64,000 nt of DNA from Planctomycetota bacterium. Lineage in GTDB: Bacteria > Planctomycetota > SZUA-567 > H5-PLA8. Positions 28,849 through 39,641 of this stretch are shown piece after piece (position 1 is the first letter of the stretch; every line of letters starts with the position of its first letter). The stretch is from positions 1 to 64,000 of the forward strand of contig JBBRPR010000013.1 in NCBI GenBank assembly GCA_038227875.1, given 5' to 3'. Under the pieces are notes generated by a model. The model had not been told where the DNA came from, did no database searches, and was given only the letters and a program-made list of their open reading frames with translations. The translations under genes were made by a program, and so were the position numbers.

Positions 28849-30234
28849 ATGGCCAACCGCACGTTCCCCACGCAGCCGAAGACGGTCAAGCCGGTGAAGA
28901 CGGCGTTCCGGGTGATCAAGACGCAGATTCCCGTGCCGGAATCGGTGCCAATCCTGGAGAGCTTGCGCGCGCACGAGCCGCTGTCGATGTCCGGTCAGCC
29001 GGCGATCCTGTGGGAGAGCGCGCAGGGCTGCGCGGTCAAAGACCGCTGGGGCAACCAGTGGCTGGATTGGTCTTCGGGCGTGCTGGTCACCAATGCCGGG
29101 CACGGCCGCAAAGAGATCGTCGATGCGATCGTGAAGCAGGCGACCTCGCCGCTGCTCCACAATTATTGCTTCCCGAACGAACCGCGCGCGGAGTTGGCGA
29201 AGTACCTGACCGAAATCGCGCCGGCCCCGCTGAAGAAGTGCTTTCTGCTCACAACCGGCGCCGAGACGACGGAGTGTGCGATCAAGCTGGCCAAGACGCA
29301 CGGATTGAAAGTGGGCGGAGCAAAGAAAGACGTGATCGTGACGTTCGAACACGCCTTTCACGGACGGACGATGGGTTCGCAGCTGGCCGGCGGCATTCCG
29401 GCGCTGAAGACCTGGATGGGCAACCGCGAGCACGGAGATTTCGTGCAGGTGCCGTTCCCGGGCGACTGGCGCTTGAAGCCCGAGCAGCAGACGTTCGCGG
29501 CCTTCGAGAAAGCGCTGGCGGCCAAGGGCGTGACGCCGGAGCACATCGCCGGCGTGATGTCCGAGACGTACCAGGGCGGCAGCGTGGGATTCCTGCCGGT
29601 GGAGTTCGCTCAGGCTCTGCGCAAGTGGACGACGCAGCACAGCATCGTGATGATCTGCGACGAAGTGCAGGCGGGCTTCGGCCGCTGCGGAACGCTCTTT
29701 GGTTTCGAACACTACGGCATCGTGCCGGATTTGATGTGCTGCGGAAAAGGCATCAGCTCATCGCTGCCGATTTCCTGCGTGCTGGGCAAGCCGGAGATCA
29801 TGGACCTCTACGGCCCCGGCGAGATGACGTCGACGCATTCCGGAAACCCGATCTGCTCCGCGGCGGCGCTGGCGAACGTGAAGCTGATCGTCAACGAAAA
29901 ACTGGCTGAGAACGCAGCGGCGCGCGGCGAGGAGATGCTGACGGGACTCGACAAGATTCGTTCGAAGCATTCCGACCGCCTGGCCGTGGTGAAGGGAAAG
30001 GGTCTGGTTGCCGGCGTGCATTGCGTCGTGAAGGGAACGACCGATCCCGATCCTGAGCTGGCGTTCAACGTGGTCGAACGGGCGATCGAGAAGGGCTTGC
30101 TGCTGTTCGGGCCGGTGGGATTCAAAGGCGGCACGATCAAGATCTGCCCGCCGCTGGTCATCACGCGCGAGCAGGTAGCGGATGGATTGGTGGCGCTGGG
30201 CGAAGCGGTCGACGAGATCACGGCGGCGAAGTAA
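28849..30234 (+). CDS. Class III PLP aminotransferase (GabT/ArgD-like)
   Basis: AFHGRT, ICDEVQAGFGRCG, PDLMCCGKGI, STHSGNP. Confidence 0.92.
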   Translation: MANRTFPTQPKTVKPVKTAFRVIKTQIPVPESVPILESLRAHEPLSMSGQPAILWESAQGCAVKDRWGNQWLDWSSGVLVTNAGHGRKEIVDAIVKQATSPLLHNYCFPNEPRAELAKYLTEIAPAPLKKCFLLTTGAETTECAIKLAKTHGLKVGGAKKDVIVTFEHAFHGRTMGSQLAGGIPALKTWMGNREHGDFVQVPFPGDWRLKPEQQTFAAFEKALAAKGVTPEHIAGVMSETYQGGSVGFLPVEFAQALRKWTTQHSIVMICDEVQAGFGRCGTLFGFEHYGIVPDLMCCGKGISSSLPISCVLGKPEIMDLYGPGEMTSTHSGNPICSAAALANVKLIVNEKLAENAAARGEEMLTGLDKIRSKHSDRLAVVKGKGLVAGVHCVVKGTTDPDPELAFNVVERAIEKGLLLFGPVGFKGGTIKICPPLVITREQVADGLVALGEAVDEITAAK

Positions 30235-30302
30235 GCAGGCGATTCGTTTGAACTCCGGGGCGCTCGGATTAAAGTCGGGCGTACTTCATCAGGAGAATCG
30301 CC

Positions 30303-30590
30303 GTGGCCATTACGAAAGAAGACGTCGCCAAAGTCGCCAAGCTTTCCCGCCTGTCGTTGTCGGACACGGAATTGCAGATGTACAGCGAGCAACTCGGCAA
30401 GATTCTGGGCTACGTCGAGAAGCTGAACGCGCTCGATACCTCCAAGGTCGAACCGATGATCACGGCGGCGGCGGATGGCAACGTATTTCGTCCCGACGAG
30501 GTGCGACCGGGCCTGAAACGCGAGGACGCGTTGAAGTCGGCGCCGGCTCACGACGACGAATTTTTCCGCGTACCGCCCGTGATTGAATGA
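30303..30590 (+). CDS. gatC: Asp/Glu-tRNA amidotransferase subunit C
   Basis: ITKEDVAKVAKLSRL...ILGYVEKL..LDT..VEP...FFRVPPVIE. Confidence 0.95.
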   Translation: MAITKEDVAKVAKLSRLSLSDTELQMYSEQLGKILGYVEKLNALDTSKVEPMITAAADGNVFRPDEVRPGLKREDALKSAPAHDDEFFRVPPVIE

Positions 30591-30971
30591 GCTTAAATCG
30601 GTGCAAGAAATTAGAATAAACGCAATGGTTATTTAATTCTGTATCAACAATGAGACGTCGAATTGCGGCATCAAACCTCGACGCACACGTGATTTGCATC
30701 GGCCGTTAATCCTATCCAAATTCCATTCTTCTCAAAACGCCAGAAATCGTGCTTCCTCATAGAGAGTTCCGGCTATGGAACGATGTGATTCAACACGTGC
30801 GCACAGCGCTTGTTGCAGCGGCGAATTAGTGTCATTTTGGCCTCGCTCCAAAACCTACCCGATTGACACGCTGTCCTAATTCTGTTCATACATGCTACGT
30901 AATGAGCAAGATGGTTGCTGACTTTAGACAACCTGATCACTGAGCTCTTGTGAAGTTGAAAAAAATTTGGG

Positions 30972-31550
30972 ATGAAGCACATGAACAACAGCTCAACCCA
31001 CAGAAAGCACAAGAGCGCCGGCTTCACGCTGGTGGAGATGCTGATGGTCCTGGGCGTGATTTCATTCCTCGCGGCGGCGTTGTTCGTCGGCACCAACAAA
31101 CTGCGCTCACGCGCACGCATGGGCGCGACGAACGTGCTGATTGAAAAAGTCCGCGACGGTCTGGAGGCGTATAAGCTTTTCTACCGCGCCTACCCCACCC
31201 CGATGCCGCGGACCGGGATGACCAACAATGAATCGCTGTACTACTACCTCACCACGTCCTTCCGCATGGCGCCCAACCTGGCCAACGGCGAAGTCGCTTC
31301 GACCTTGAATGCCGGGCCGCTCTGCCCCTTCAACGAACAGGAATTGCTCGACGCCAGCAAGACCGGAAGGATGTCGATCATCGACAGCTGGCGCATGCCG
31401 CTGCAGTTTGTCTACACGATCAAGATGGGCGACGCGGATCCGCGCGCGGGGTGGACGCAGACGCAGACGTCAATTCCATTGCTGTATTCGTTCGGTCTGA
31501 ACAAGAAAGACGAGAACGGTGCCGGCGACGATGTCGTCGCGGGAAAATAG
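30972..31550 (+). CDS. Type II secretion/type IV pseudopilin, GspG-like
   Basis: AG|FTLVEML cleavage motif; DSW..P and SFG..KKDE..GDD typical of GspG-like heads. Confidence 0.85.
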   Translation: MKHMNNSSTHRKHKSAGFTLVEMLMVLGVISFLAAALFVGTNKLRSRARMGATNVLIEKVRDGLEAYKLFYRAYPTPMPRTGMTNNESLYYYLTTSFRMAPNLANGEVASTLNAGPLCPFNEQELLDASKTGRMSIIDSWRMPLQFVYTIKMGDADPRAGWTQTQTSIPLLYSFGLNKKDENGAGDDVVAGK

Positions 31551-31563
31551 AAAGCAGGGTAGC

Positions 31564-32400
31564 ATGACGCAGACGAAAAAGCACCTCTCGAATCCTAACA
31601 GCGCGCGGCGCGGCTTCACGTTCGTTGAAATTCTGCTCGTGCTGACGATTATCACCATGCTGGCGACGATGGCCGCGCCGGCGTTCTCGGCGTTTCAGAA
31701 AAGTACGCGCGTGCAGCAGACGGCCCGGACCGTGCTTTCCGCGCTGAACCAGGCGCGTGCGGAATCACAGCGCTACCGCACCCTGGTGGCCACATTTTTC
31801 GGCGACGACACCACCAGCCTGAGTGTGAAGCCCAAGAATGGCGTGCTGCCTGCTTACGGGCAAATCGAAGTCGCTGCGATCAACCAGGGCTACAATGACG
31901 GATGCGGCTGGATCAGCTACCGGCCCTTCGCACCCGAGTACGGCTATTACAACACGCCCAATTGGTACCCCTGCGTTTCCAAAAAGAAGACGCTCTCGAT
32001 GGAATTCCCTACGTTTCCGTCGGGAGTGCGGGTGATTGCCTGCGATTTCAAACGCTCCAACGGACAGAACATCCTCGCGTTCCCCCGCTACAAAAAGTCC
32101 GGCACGTGGGAACCGGCGGTGGGAGAACTCAAGCGGCACTGCTGCGCGTACGACAAGCGCGGCGCGGCGGCGGGCGAGGCATCGCAGTGCAACTATCAGT
32201 ACGTGATCGTCTTTGACGTCACGACCGGCGAGCACGTAGTGATCCAGATCGGAGTTTTTCAGAACAACGCGCGGCCGCGTATCCTGCCGTTTCAGCTCAC
32301 GCATATTCAATTGCCGGGACAGGCGCCGAAGGTGCTCGACCTGAAAACGCTTAATGACCAGATCAACAACTACCCTGACGCGGAGGCGTGGACCGATTGA
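31564..32400 (+). CDS. Minor pseudopilin, GspH/FimT-like
   Basis: RG|FTFVEIL; LNQARAES. Confidence 0.82.
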   Translation: MTQTKKHLSNPNSARRGFTFVEILLVLTIITMLATMAAPAFSAFQKSTRVQQTARTVLSALNQARAESQRYRTLVATFFGDDTTSLSVKPKNGVLPAYGQIEVAAINQGYNDGCGWISYRPFAPEYGYYNTPNWYPCVSKKKTLSMEFPTFPSGVRVIACDFKRSNGQNILAFPRYKKSGTWEPAVGELKRHCCAYDKRGAAAGEASQCNYQYVIVFDVTTGEHVVIQIGVFQNNARPRILPFQLTHIQLPGQAPKVLDLKTLNDQINNYPDAEAWTD

Positions 32401-32408
32401 AGCAGCGC

Positions 32409-32972
32409 ATGCGCCACCCCTTTCGCGTTTCCACGCACCCGCGGGGCATGACCCTGCTGGAAGTGTTGATTGCGATGTTCATTTTCCTGATCGGCGTGCT
32501 GGGCGCGCTGGCAGCGATTCCGGCGGGCGTAAGCGCCGCGAAGCTGGTGATCTTTCAGGATGCGGCGATCCACCTGGCGCAGTCGAAATTCGCGGAGTTC
32601 CGGCGCGACCGTGTGGACCCGGCCGTGGATCTCGCCGGCGGGTACCTTAATGGTTCCGGACAACTCGCCAGCGGCCGCCAGGCCGGCATTCAGGAGCCGC
32701 TCAATGGCAGCGGCGTCTGGCACGACTTCGCGCACGGCGCCGGCGAGACCTACGAGAGCTTCGACGATATCGATCAGTACGAATGGAAAGTCGATCAGGC
32801 CCAGTTGAAGGCGATTACCGCCTCGGGGCTCGACGCGAAAAACAACAAGGCGCCTCTGGATACCGGCGGAACCGCGATCGGCCTGACGCAGGTGGCCGTC
32901 GTCATCCATCTCAAGAACACGACCCGTGAATTCCGCTTTACGCAGTACATGGCCGCGTGGGACGCCAACTAG
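32409..32972 (+). CDS. Minor pseudopilin, GspI/PilV-like
   Basis: RG|MTLLEVLIAM; AIHLAQSKFAE. Confidence 0.82.
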   Translation: MRHPFRVSTHPRGMTLLEVLIAMFIFLIGVLGALAAIPAGVSAAKLVIFQDAAIHLAQSKFAEFRRDRVDPAVDLAGGYLNGSGQLASGRQAGIQEPLNGSGVWHDFAHGAGETYESFDDIDQYEWKVDQAQLKAITASGLDAKNNKAPLDTGGTAIGLTQVAVVIHLKNTTREFRFTQYMAAWDAN

Positions 32973-32981
32973 GAGAACAGG

Positions 32982-34103
32982 GTGACGCACGCGAAACGAA
33001 AAATCGGTCGAGGCTTTACGCTCGCGGAAGTGATGGTCGTCCTGGCCGTGGGCTTGAGCATGACCATTTTCATCGCGATGATCTTCAAAGTCAGCACGCG
33101 GACGGTACAGAATGTCGAACGCAAACTGGCGGTCTACGAAGCGGCCCGCAATATTCTCGACATCATCCACGCGCAGATGATCACGGCGCTTTCCAACGAG
33201 CGGGGTGAACAATTCTCGATCAAATCGGCGTACTTCATCGACAACGATCCGTTCACGCCAGACAATGCCGATCCCACCGCGCGCTATGGCACGACTTCGC
33301 GCCGCGAAGCCGACGCGCTGAACTTCCGCGTGATCAATGCGGGCGCCAACGTCTACCGTGACGCGTCCTACATTCCCGGCAGCTATGTCTTTCCGATTTC
33401 GTACCAGGGGCTCTACTACACGTTCCCCGAATGCTACAAATTTTCGCTGCGCTCCTCCCTGCTCTACCCCAAGCTCGACGACTGGGACGCATCGAGCCAG
33501 TACCAGGTCAATGCGAACACGGGCAATTTTCTCTCGACGCCCACGCAAATTCGCACCGACCAGAAGAACGACGTTTCACAGATTGAACTGACCGGGCTGC
33601 TGGTTTCCACCAATAACGAATGTTCCGAAAGCTGGAACGGTCCGAACTGGTGGAACTACATTCTGCAGCCAAAGGATCAGGCTCCGAATTTCTTCGCGCC
33701 GGGTAACGAGCCAAAGCTCTCGACGCCGATTTCCAGCGACGTTGGCCGCAAGAATCAGGCGCGCTTCAGCGGCTTCCACATTCTGGATCTCGACATTGCG
33801 TATTGGGACGAGAAGGCCAAGCGCTACGTCGATCCGCCGGACCAGTCGGTGCTCTATTTCGCACCGCCGCCGAAGTCGGTGCGCATCACCATCACCGTCT
33901 GCGATATCGAGAAGCGCTCCACGGTGACGCTGCGGCGCGTAGTCCAGGTGATGACCGGCTCGAATCCGGCGTCGGGAACGGCCAGCAACACGTTCATCGT
34001 GCCCGACGACGGCGTCTACACCGTGCCGCTGCCGGTCAATCAGCCCAAAAGCTTGAAGACGCTGCAGAACGCGGGCATCGAACCGATGCTCAATTTGCCG
34101 TAG
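32982..34103 (+). CDS. Minor pseudopilin, GspJ/PilW-like
   Basis: RG|FTLAEVMVV; C-terminal PKSVRITITV. AGGAG RBS before the GTG. Confidence 0.82.
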   Translation: MTHAKRKIGRGFTLAEVMVVLAVGLSMTIFIAMIFKVSTRTVQNVERKLAVYEAARNILDIIHAQMITALSNERGEQFSIKSAYFIDNDPFTPDNADPTARYGTTSRREADALNFRVINAGANVYRDASYIPGSYVFPISYQGLYYTFPECYKFSLRSSLLYPKLDDWDASSQYQVNANTGNFLSTPTQIRTDQKNDVSQIELTGLLVSTNNECSESWNGPNWWNYILQPKDQAPNFFAPGNEPKLSTPISSDVGRKNQARFSGFHILDLDIAYWDEKAKRYVDPPDQSVLYFAPPPKSVRITITVCDIEKRSTVTLRRVVQVMTGSNPASGTASNTFIVPDDGVYTVPLPVNQPKSLKTLQNAGIEPMLNLP

Positions 34104-34128
34104 GCAACCCTCGACAGAACGGAAGGCT

Positions 34129-36849
34129 GTGCGCATGTTCAATCGCGTCAAACAGACGATCGGATCGAAGCCACCGCGCCGCCGCGGGTTTCTGCTGCTC
34201 ATGGTCGTCGGCCTGCTGGCGGTGATGCTGGTGCTGGTTGTCGGCTTCGTTTCCTACACACGCACGGAAACGCAAGCCGTGGGCACCATCCGCGACAAGG
34301 TCGATGGGATGATGCTGATGCATTCCGTGCTCGATTGGACTGTCGCCAGCATCTCCACGGATCTCTTCGACGCTAACGGCCAGCCACGCGCCGGAGCAGG
34401 CTTGGGCGGCGACAACGATCCGAAGGGCCTCGTCTCCAGTGTCCTCGCCCCGAACGATCCCTGCTTCAAGTGGTGGTACCGGCCGTGGGAGCCAAATTAT
34501 CAGGTCGCCGCGTGGTTGAATGGCGAGATCTACGCGCCGTACACGTCGACGAATTTTCAGGCGCAGTGGACGGACATTCCGGCCAGCTATTTTCCATCGG
34601 GCGGAGTCAAGGCCCGGTACGCCGTCCAGGTGCTCGACGCCAACGCGTTCATCAACCTCAACGATTGGAATGAAGACTGCAATCCGACGCAGTGCCAGAT
34701 GAGCCACATGGTGATGGAATCGCTGGGCGACACGTGGCTGGAGAATTTTTACGGCTGGCGCGACAGCGGCCAGTGGGGCGGCAACACGTTCAACGCCGCG
34801 CCGCTGCGCTACGACAATGCGTGGCGCGCCGCGACGCAGACCACGCGCTCGACGGTCTGGCCGAACAACACCGGACTGGCGCAGGTCACCGATACCGTCT
34901 CGCCGAACTGGGTCACGCGCAATTCCACATGGACGACGCTGCAGGGTGTTGATCTGCAGTGCCTGCGCACGGAAACGAGCGCCAAGGGCATGGTGATGCG
35001 CGACCAGCAGGTCTGGCAGACGCTGGGCCCGGGCAACTACTACCCGCCGACGCAGCGCGAAGGTTTCAAGACCGGCAGCTTCAGTTGGGGCTGGGATTAC
35101 TGGGGCACGTACGCGGCGGTCGCTCCAGATTACTTCGGCGACTGGAATCTCAACGCCAATTTCCTCGTCGGCCGTCTGCCTTCGACGTTCTGCTACGCGC
35201 TCCATTCCAACGTGGATCCCGATACCGGCCGCAGCCCGATCAACGTCAATACGTGTTTTCGCTCCGGCGAAATCATTCCCAACAACACACAGTTCACCAT
35301 GCCCCGCGCGTTCACGATGGAATCGGTCTTCAACGTCGAATCGCTGCGCCGCATCGTCAAGATCGGCGACTTCTACTTTCTGAACGGCGCCAACATCTCG
35401 ACGAAGTGCAATGCCTCGGACTCTGCCAGCCCGGTGTTCATCGGCAACCTCAGCGCCGCCGACAAAGCGCTGGCGTGGCGCAAACACGAACAGCTCCGCA
35501 CAAAACTGGCCTGCCAGTATCAGGAAACACTCTGCCGCTACTTCACCGCCTCCTACTACCACCCGGCGATTTACTGTCAGAACAACACCTGGCTGAAGCG
35601 CAAGTACCCGCCCTTCAATGCCGGCCAAGGCACCTACGCGGCCGTTTACGGCAATGGCATCGGACTACAGTGGTATTGCAAGAGCAACAATCATTCGCAG
35701 ACGCCTTTTCCGTTTGGACTGCGCACGTTTCGCAAGAATGTCGCGGATGACTTGAAGAAAATGTCGGGCGGGATGCCGGTGATTGTCTCCGTCGACAATG
35801 CCGACAACTTCAACGTGGCGCAGGGCCGCATGGACATGCGCACGGCCAACGCGGTCTTCGACAACATCGTCCCCGGCAAAGCGCTGATCTACGCCTCGAC
35901 GTACAAGACTGGGACACCCGCCACCAACGACTACCTTGATCCCTTGCAGGAGCTTTACGACCTGCAGCTCGGCCGCGACGAGACGGCCGACGACATATTC
36001 AACGCGCAACCGAACTCCAAAGACAACAACACCGGCGCGTGGACCGACAACGCTGCGTTGTTCGATTCCGGACTGACCGCCGTGACCGGATTCCCCGCGA
36101 AGAGCACACCGCTGCCGGCGTCGCGAATTACGCTGCGCGCCAAAGGGCTGGACATCGCCCCGGCCACCACCGTCAACGGTCCGACGCCGGAAGGACCGTA
36201 CTCCACGAAGTACAAAGATTCCGCGGGCACGCCGAAGGACATCCCCAGCGTGCCGTGGCGGCAGCAGTGCTTCGGACCCGATTGGTTCTCCACGGAACTC
36301 ACCACGACCAGCACGGCGTTCTACGTCATCATCACCGTGCAGATGCAGGACACCGCCACGAATAACGACGTCTATGTCGGACAGTGGGGCGCGGTGGTGG
36401 AACTGGCACCCGATGTCGTCACCGAAACAGACTCGTCGTACGACCCGTCTTACAAAGGCGTGAACGGTACGCAGTGGCCCAAAGGCGCGGCCGGCAACGC
36501 GCCGGGCACGATGGGCCTCGGTTTCTACCGCGGCGGTTGGCCGAAGTTACTCAAGTCGGCCAAGCAGGGCGATCCGTATGCAGCCACGTACAGCCAGGAT
36601 GCCTTTCCCGACGGCACGGTGAAGTCCTACCGCAGCGAAAGCGCGTCGCAGGGCACACAATGGACGGCGACGTCGACCAACAACTGGGCCGACTGGCGCG
36701 GCACAACCACGAATCCGAACATGACCAACGATCCGCTGCACTGCGCCAATTTTTATCAGGACACCAATCCGGCAGACTCGAAACGATCGCAGACCAAGAA
36801 GCAGGTGCGCATCAAGGCGCTCTGGAGTCTGAACGGCGGGACGTACTGA
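34129..36849 (+). CDS. Large GspK/PilX-like tip pseudopilin
   Basis: RRG|FLLLMVVGLL with no Glu5; VLDANAFINLN, PINVNT and LTTTSTAFYVI resemble K-type features. Confidence 0.75.
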   Translation: MRMFNRVKQTIGSKPPRRRGFLLLMVVGLLAVMLVLVVGFVSYTRTETQAVGTIRDKVDGMMLMHSVLDWTVASISTDLFDANGQPRAGAGLGGDNDPKGLVSSVLAPNDPCFKWWYRPWEPNYQVAAWLNGEIYAPYTSTNFQAQWTDIPASYFPSGGVKARYAVQVLDANAFINLNDWNEDCNPTQCQMSHMVMESLGDTWLENFYGWRDSGQWGGNTFNAAPLRYDNAWRAATQTTRSTVWPNNTGLAQVTDTVSPNWVTRNSTWTTLQGVDLQCLRTETSAKGMVMRDQQVWQTLGPGNYYPPTQREGFKTGSFSWGWDYWGTYAAVAPDYFGDWNLNANFLVGRLPSTFCYALHSNVDPDTGRSPINVNTCFRSGEIIPNNTQFTMPRAFTMESVFNVESLRRIVKIGDFYFLNGANISTKCNASDSASPVFIGNLSAADKALAWRKHEQLRTKLACQYQETLCRYFTASYYHPAIYCQNNTWLKRKYPPFNAGQGTYAAVYGNGIGLQWYCKSNNHSQTPFPFGLRTFRKNVADDLKKMSGGMPVIVSVDNADNFNVAQGRMDMRTANAVFDNIVPGKALIYASTYKTGTPATNDYLDPLQELYDLQLGRDETADDIFNAQPNSKDNNTGAWTDNAALFDSGLTAVTGFPAKSTPLPASRITLRAKGLDIAPATTVNGPTPEGPYSTKYKDSAGTPKDIPSVPWRQQCFGPDWFSTELTTTSTAFYVIITVQMQDTATNNDVYVGQWGAVVELAPDVVTETDSSYDPSYKGVNGTQWPKGAAGNAPGTMGLGFYRGGWPKLLKSAKQGDPYAATYSQDAFPDGTVKSYRSESASQGTQWTATSTNNWADWRGTTTNPNMTNDPLHCANFYQDTNPADSKRSQTKKQVRIKALWSLNGGTY

Positions 36850-36852
36850 CCC

Positions 36853-38262
36853 ATGCCGGAGCTTCAACCGGGCCTGTCCAACGGGCCAGAGAAAGGGAAA
36901 GACATGTCGATCGAAGCGCCTCCCGCACCGCCGGCCCCATCTTCGGCGAAATTGCAGCCGGCCTCGCCGGAAGCTGCGCCTGCGCCAGCGGTCAATATGG
37001 CGCAGCGCCTTCGCGACACGGGCAAGACGGCCACGTATCTGAGCTCCGGCACACCTCAAAAATCGCCCACGCCGTCGGCGCTGTCGGCCGTCAAGCCGCC
37101 TTCGATTCGCCGCACGTCCGGCGCGCAGATCCTTCCGCGCACGGCCACTCCGTCAGTCGTGAACGCCGTTCAGAATCCTGCCGCAACGCTCCACGCTCGC
37201 CGTGTGTCCGATCGCGAAGCGCTGACGCCTCCCGGCGCGTCCGGCCGCATCCAATCACCGATGCCAGCGCTGGGAACGCTGCACACCGCCCCTGGTGCTT
37301 CCGGGACGCGGCAGATCTCCCAGGCCAAATGGCATTGCGAACGCTGCCAGGCTCCCGTTGACAAGGAAGGCGTCGTCAACGGCACATGCAAACTCGTAGG
37401 CGGTCAGTTGTATTGCGTGAAGTGCTTCAAGAAGCGCATCGCCACCCGCAACCTGCGCCTGACGCTGTGGGGTGTCGGCGGCGTATTGCTGGTGGGGCTG
37501 GCGGCATCGGCGGTATTTCTCACGCAGCCGTTGTTGATTCTGCTGATTCCCATCGGCGCCTTGGCGGTGCTGACCGGCATCATCGGCGGCGGCTTGGATG
37601 GTTCCGCGCGCCTGGCCTTCGTGGCGGCGGGACTGGCGGCGATCGTGGGCAGTTGCTGGGGGACCGGGCTGGTCAGCGAGCGCTCCGAATCACGGCAGGC
37701 TCAGCAGGTTCTGGAAAAACAGGCCATGCAGGTGACGGAACTGATCGAGAGCAAAAATTTCGCGCAGGCCGACGCCCGCATCGAAGCGCTCACGGCCCAG
37801 AGCAAGGACCGCACCGGCCGCTATCTCTCGCCGGAGCAGGAGAAGAAAATCGAAGCCCTGCGCGCGCAGTTCGACGCACAACTCCGCGCCAAGTACGGCG
37901 AACTGACGCCGCACGAGAACCACGTGCTGATGACCTTGATCCGCGCCTTCCCGGACGATTCCGACAACGGCGCGGAGCGGTTTCGCGCCGTTCACATGAC
38001 GGACACGAAAGTTTCCGTCACTGTCGAGAAGGCTCGCGAAATGCTGTCGGAGAAGGACATCGCCATGGGGCCGATGGGCGACCCCACCACGCTGCAGGCG
38101 CGCACACTGGCGCTGTTCCTGTTCGACAGCTATCCGTTTTTGAAGGACGTCGAGATTGAAACGCTGGGCGAAAAGTCACAGCATCTGGCGTACAACCGCG
38201 AACAGATCACGCAGTTGCGCATGGGTGGAATGACGGCGCCAGCTTCAATTCGAGAACACTGA
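36853..38262 (+). CDS. Hypothetical membrane protein with Pro/Ala-rich N-terminus, CxxC...CxxC zinc finger and about 3 TM helices
   Basis: CERC...CVKC, a hydrophobic block and a helical periplasmic C-terminus. Confidence 0.7.
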   Translation: MPELQPGLSNGPEKGKDMSIEAPPAPPAPSSAKLQPASPEAAPAPAVNMAQRLRDTGKTATYLSSGTPQKSPTPSALSAVKPPSIRRTSGAQILPRTATPSVVNAVQNPAATLHARRVSDREALTPPGASGRIQSPMPALGTLHTAPGASGTRQISQAKWHCERCQAPVDKEGVVNGTCKLVGGQLYCVKCFKKRIATRNLRLTLWGVGGVLLVGLAASAVFLTQPLLILLIPIGALAVLTGIIGGGLDGSARLAFVAAGLAAIVGSCWGTGLVSERSESRQAQQVLEKQAMQVTELIESKNFAQADARIEALTAQSKDRTGRYLSPEQEKKIEALRAQFDAQLRAKYGELTPHENHVLMTLIRAFPDDSDNGAERFRAVHMTDTKVSVTVEKAREMLSEKDIAMGPMGDPTTLQARTLALFLFDSYPFLKDVEIETLGEKSQHLAYNREQITQLRMGGMTAPASIREH

Positions 38263-38271
38263 ACGCTGCGA

Positions 38272-39354
38272 TCAAGGTGCGTCAGGCATGTCCCCGTCGC
38301 GACCGTAATTCCACGCCGTCTGTTCCCAGCCCGGCGCGGAATAGAACGTGTTGCCTTCGACGGCGAGATTCAGGACTTCTTCAACATTCTCGTTGTCGAC
38401 CAGTGCCGGGGTCTGGTGCCAGAAGCAGCGCACGATCGGCAGCCATGCTCCGGGATACCCGTGCTGCGGCGACGAGTAGGTTGTGCCGCCGTTCACATTC
38501 GTGTAACCGAGGAAGATCATGTCGGCCGGATCGAGCTGCCAGCCATCGGAATCGAAAATGTTGAACCAGCCCACCGGAAACGCGCCGTTATCGCCGGGAT
38601 AGGCCAGGCCCGTGCAGCAGATGTCGCCCTTTTCCTTCTGCCAGAATTTCGCTTCCTGCCAGGTGATGATGCCCTGGTTCGACGGCGTTGCGGGGTTCGT
38701 CCACCACTGATCGGTGAGGCCGAAGAGACTCATGTGTGAAGGACTGGGCGACGTGCCGGTAATATAACCGCTGCCAATGGCATCGTTGTACGCGGTCGGC
38801 AGTGGCGGATCGTAGGAAACGTCGTTGTACCATTCGACCAGGAAGTCTGAGGCCCAGCCGCCGTCCCACGTGTCGTTGGTCCGGTCGTAAGTCTCGCAGA
38901 TGCGGGTGCTGAATTCATACAGGTACGAGCAATTGCGCTGGGGCCGGGTGTCTCCGGGCCAGGCGGGCGCTGACGTCACGCGTTCTGCCCAGTCGTACTT
39001 ATTGTCGATGGGACTTCCCGGCTTCAGCGAATTGCCCGTGGCGTGCGACAAATCCATCGGACACACAAACAGGCGGTCGTCGTTGACATAGAGATGTGTC
39101 GGATCGGCCAGATGAGTCAAACGTTCGGGAAACGCGTTCTGCTGGCGGCCTTCGAAACTCTGGTACATCACCAACGCGGCGCCAAGTTGCTTGAGATTGT
39201 TGGCGCACTGAACTTTGCGCGACTGCGTCCGCGCTCTGGCCAGTGCCGGAATCACAAGGCTCGACAGCACAATCAGGATGACGACCACGACCAGGATCTC
39301 CAGCAGCGAAATGCCCGCTGGCCCCCGTGACGTATGACGCGCTCTTGTTTTCAT
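38272..39354 (-). CDS. Prepilin-type N-terminal cleavage domain protein (DUF1559-like)
   Basis: AG|ISLLEILVV...PALARAR...CANNLKQLG; FVCPMD. Confidence 0.88.
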   Translation of the reverse strand: MKTRARHTSRGPAGISLLEILVVVVILIVLSSLVIPALARARTQSRKVQCANNLKQLGAALVMYQSFEGRQQNAFPERLTHLADPTHLYVNDDRLFVCPMDLSHATGNSLKPGSPIDNKYDWAERVTSAPAWPGDTRPQRNCSYLYEFSTRICETYDRTNDTWDGGWASDFLVEWYNDVSYDPPLPTAYNDAIGSGYITGTSPSPSHMSLFGLTDQWWTNPATPSNQGIITWQEAKFWQKEKGDICCTGLAYPGDNGAFPVGWFNIFDSDGWQLDPADMIFLGYTNVNGGTTYSSPQHGYPGAWLPIVRCFWHQTPALVDNENVEEVLNLAVEGNTFYSAPGWEQTAWNYGRDGDMPDAP

Positions 39355-39641
39355 GATCGATCCCACGCCCGCGATGTGCTGCCTTATAATGTATTAAAAC
39401 GCCAAACCACCCGTAGAGTCACCAGGTACAACACCTGATTGGGCAGAATAATACGACGTTTTTCGCCCAGAAGTAGCGAAATGACGGAGTTGGCCCAACT
39501 TTGCGGCGGTAGGCGCAATACCCTGTGTTTAACCTGGGCAACAATTGGTGCCCAGCAGGTAGACACGCGAAATACCAAGGTGCATTGAAGGAATCCAACT
39601 TTTCCTTCAGTTGGCGTACCATTCCAGCCGAATCTTTCGCC

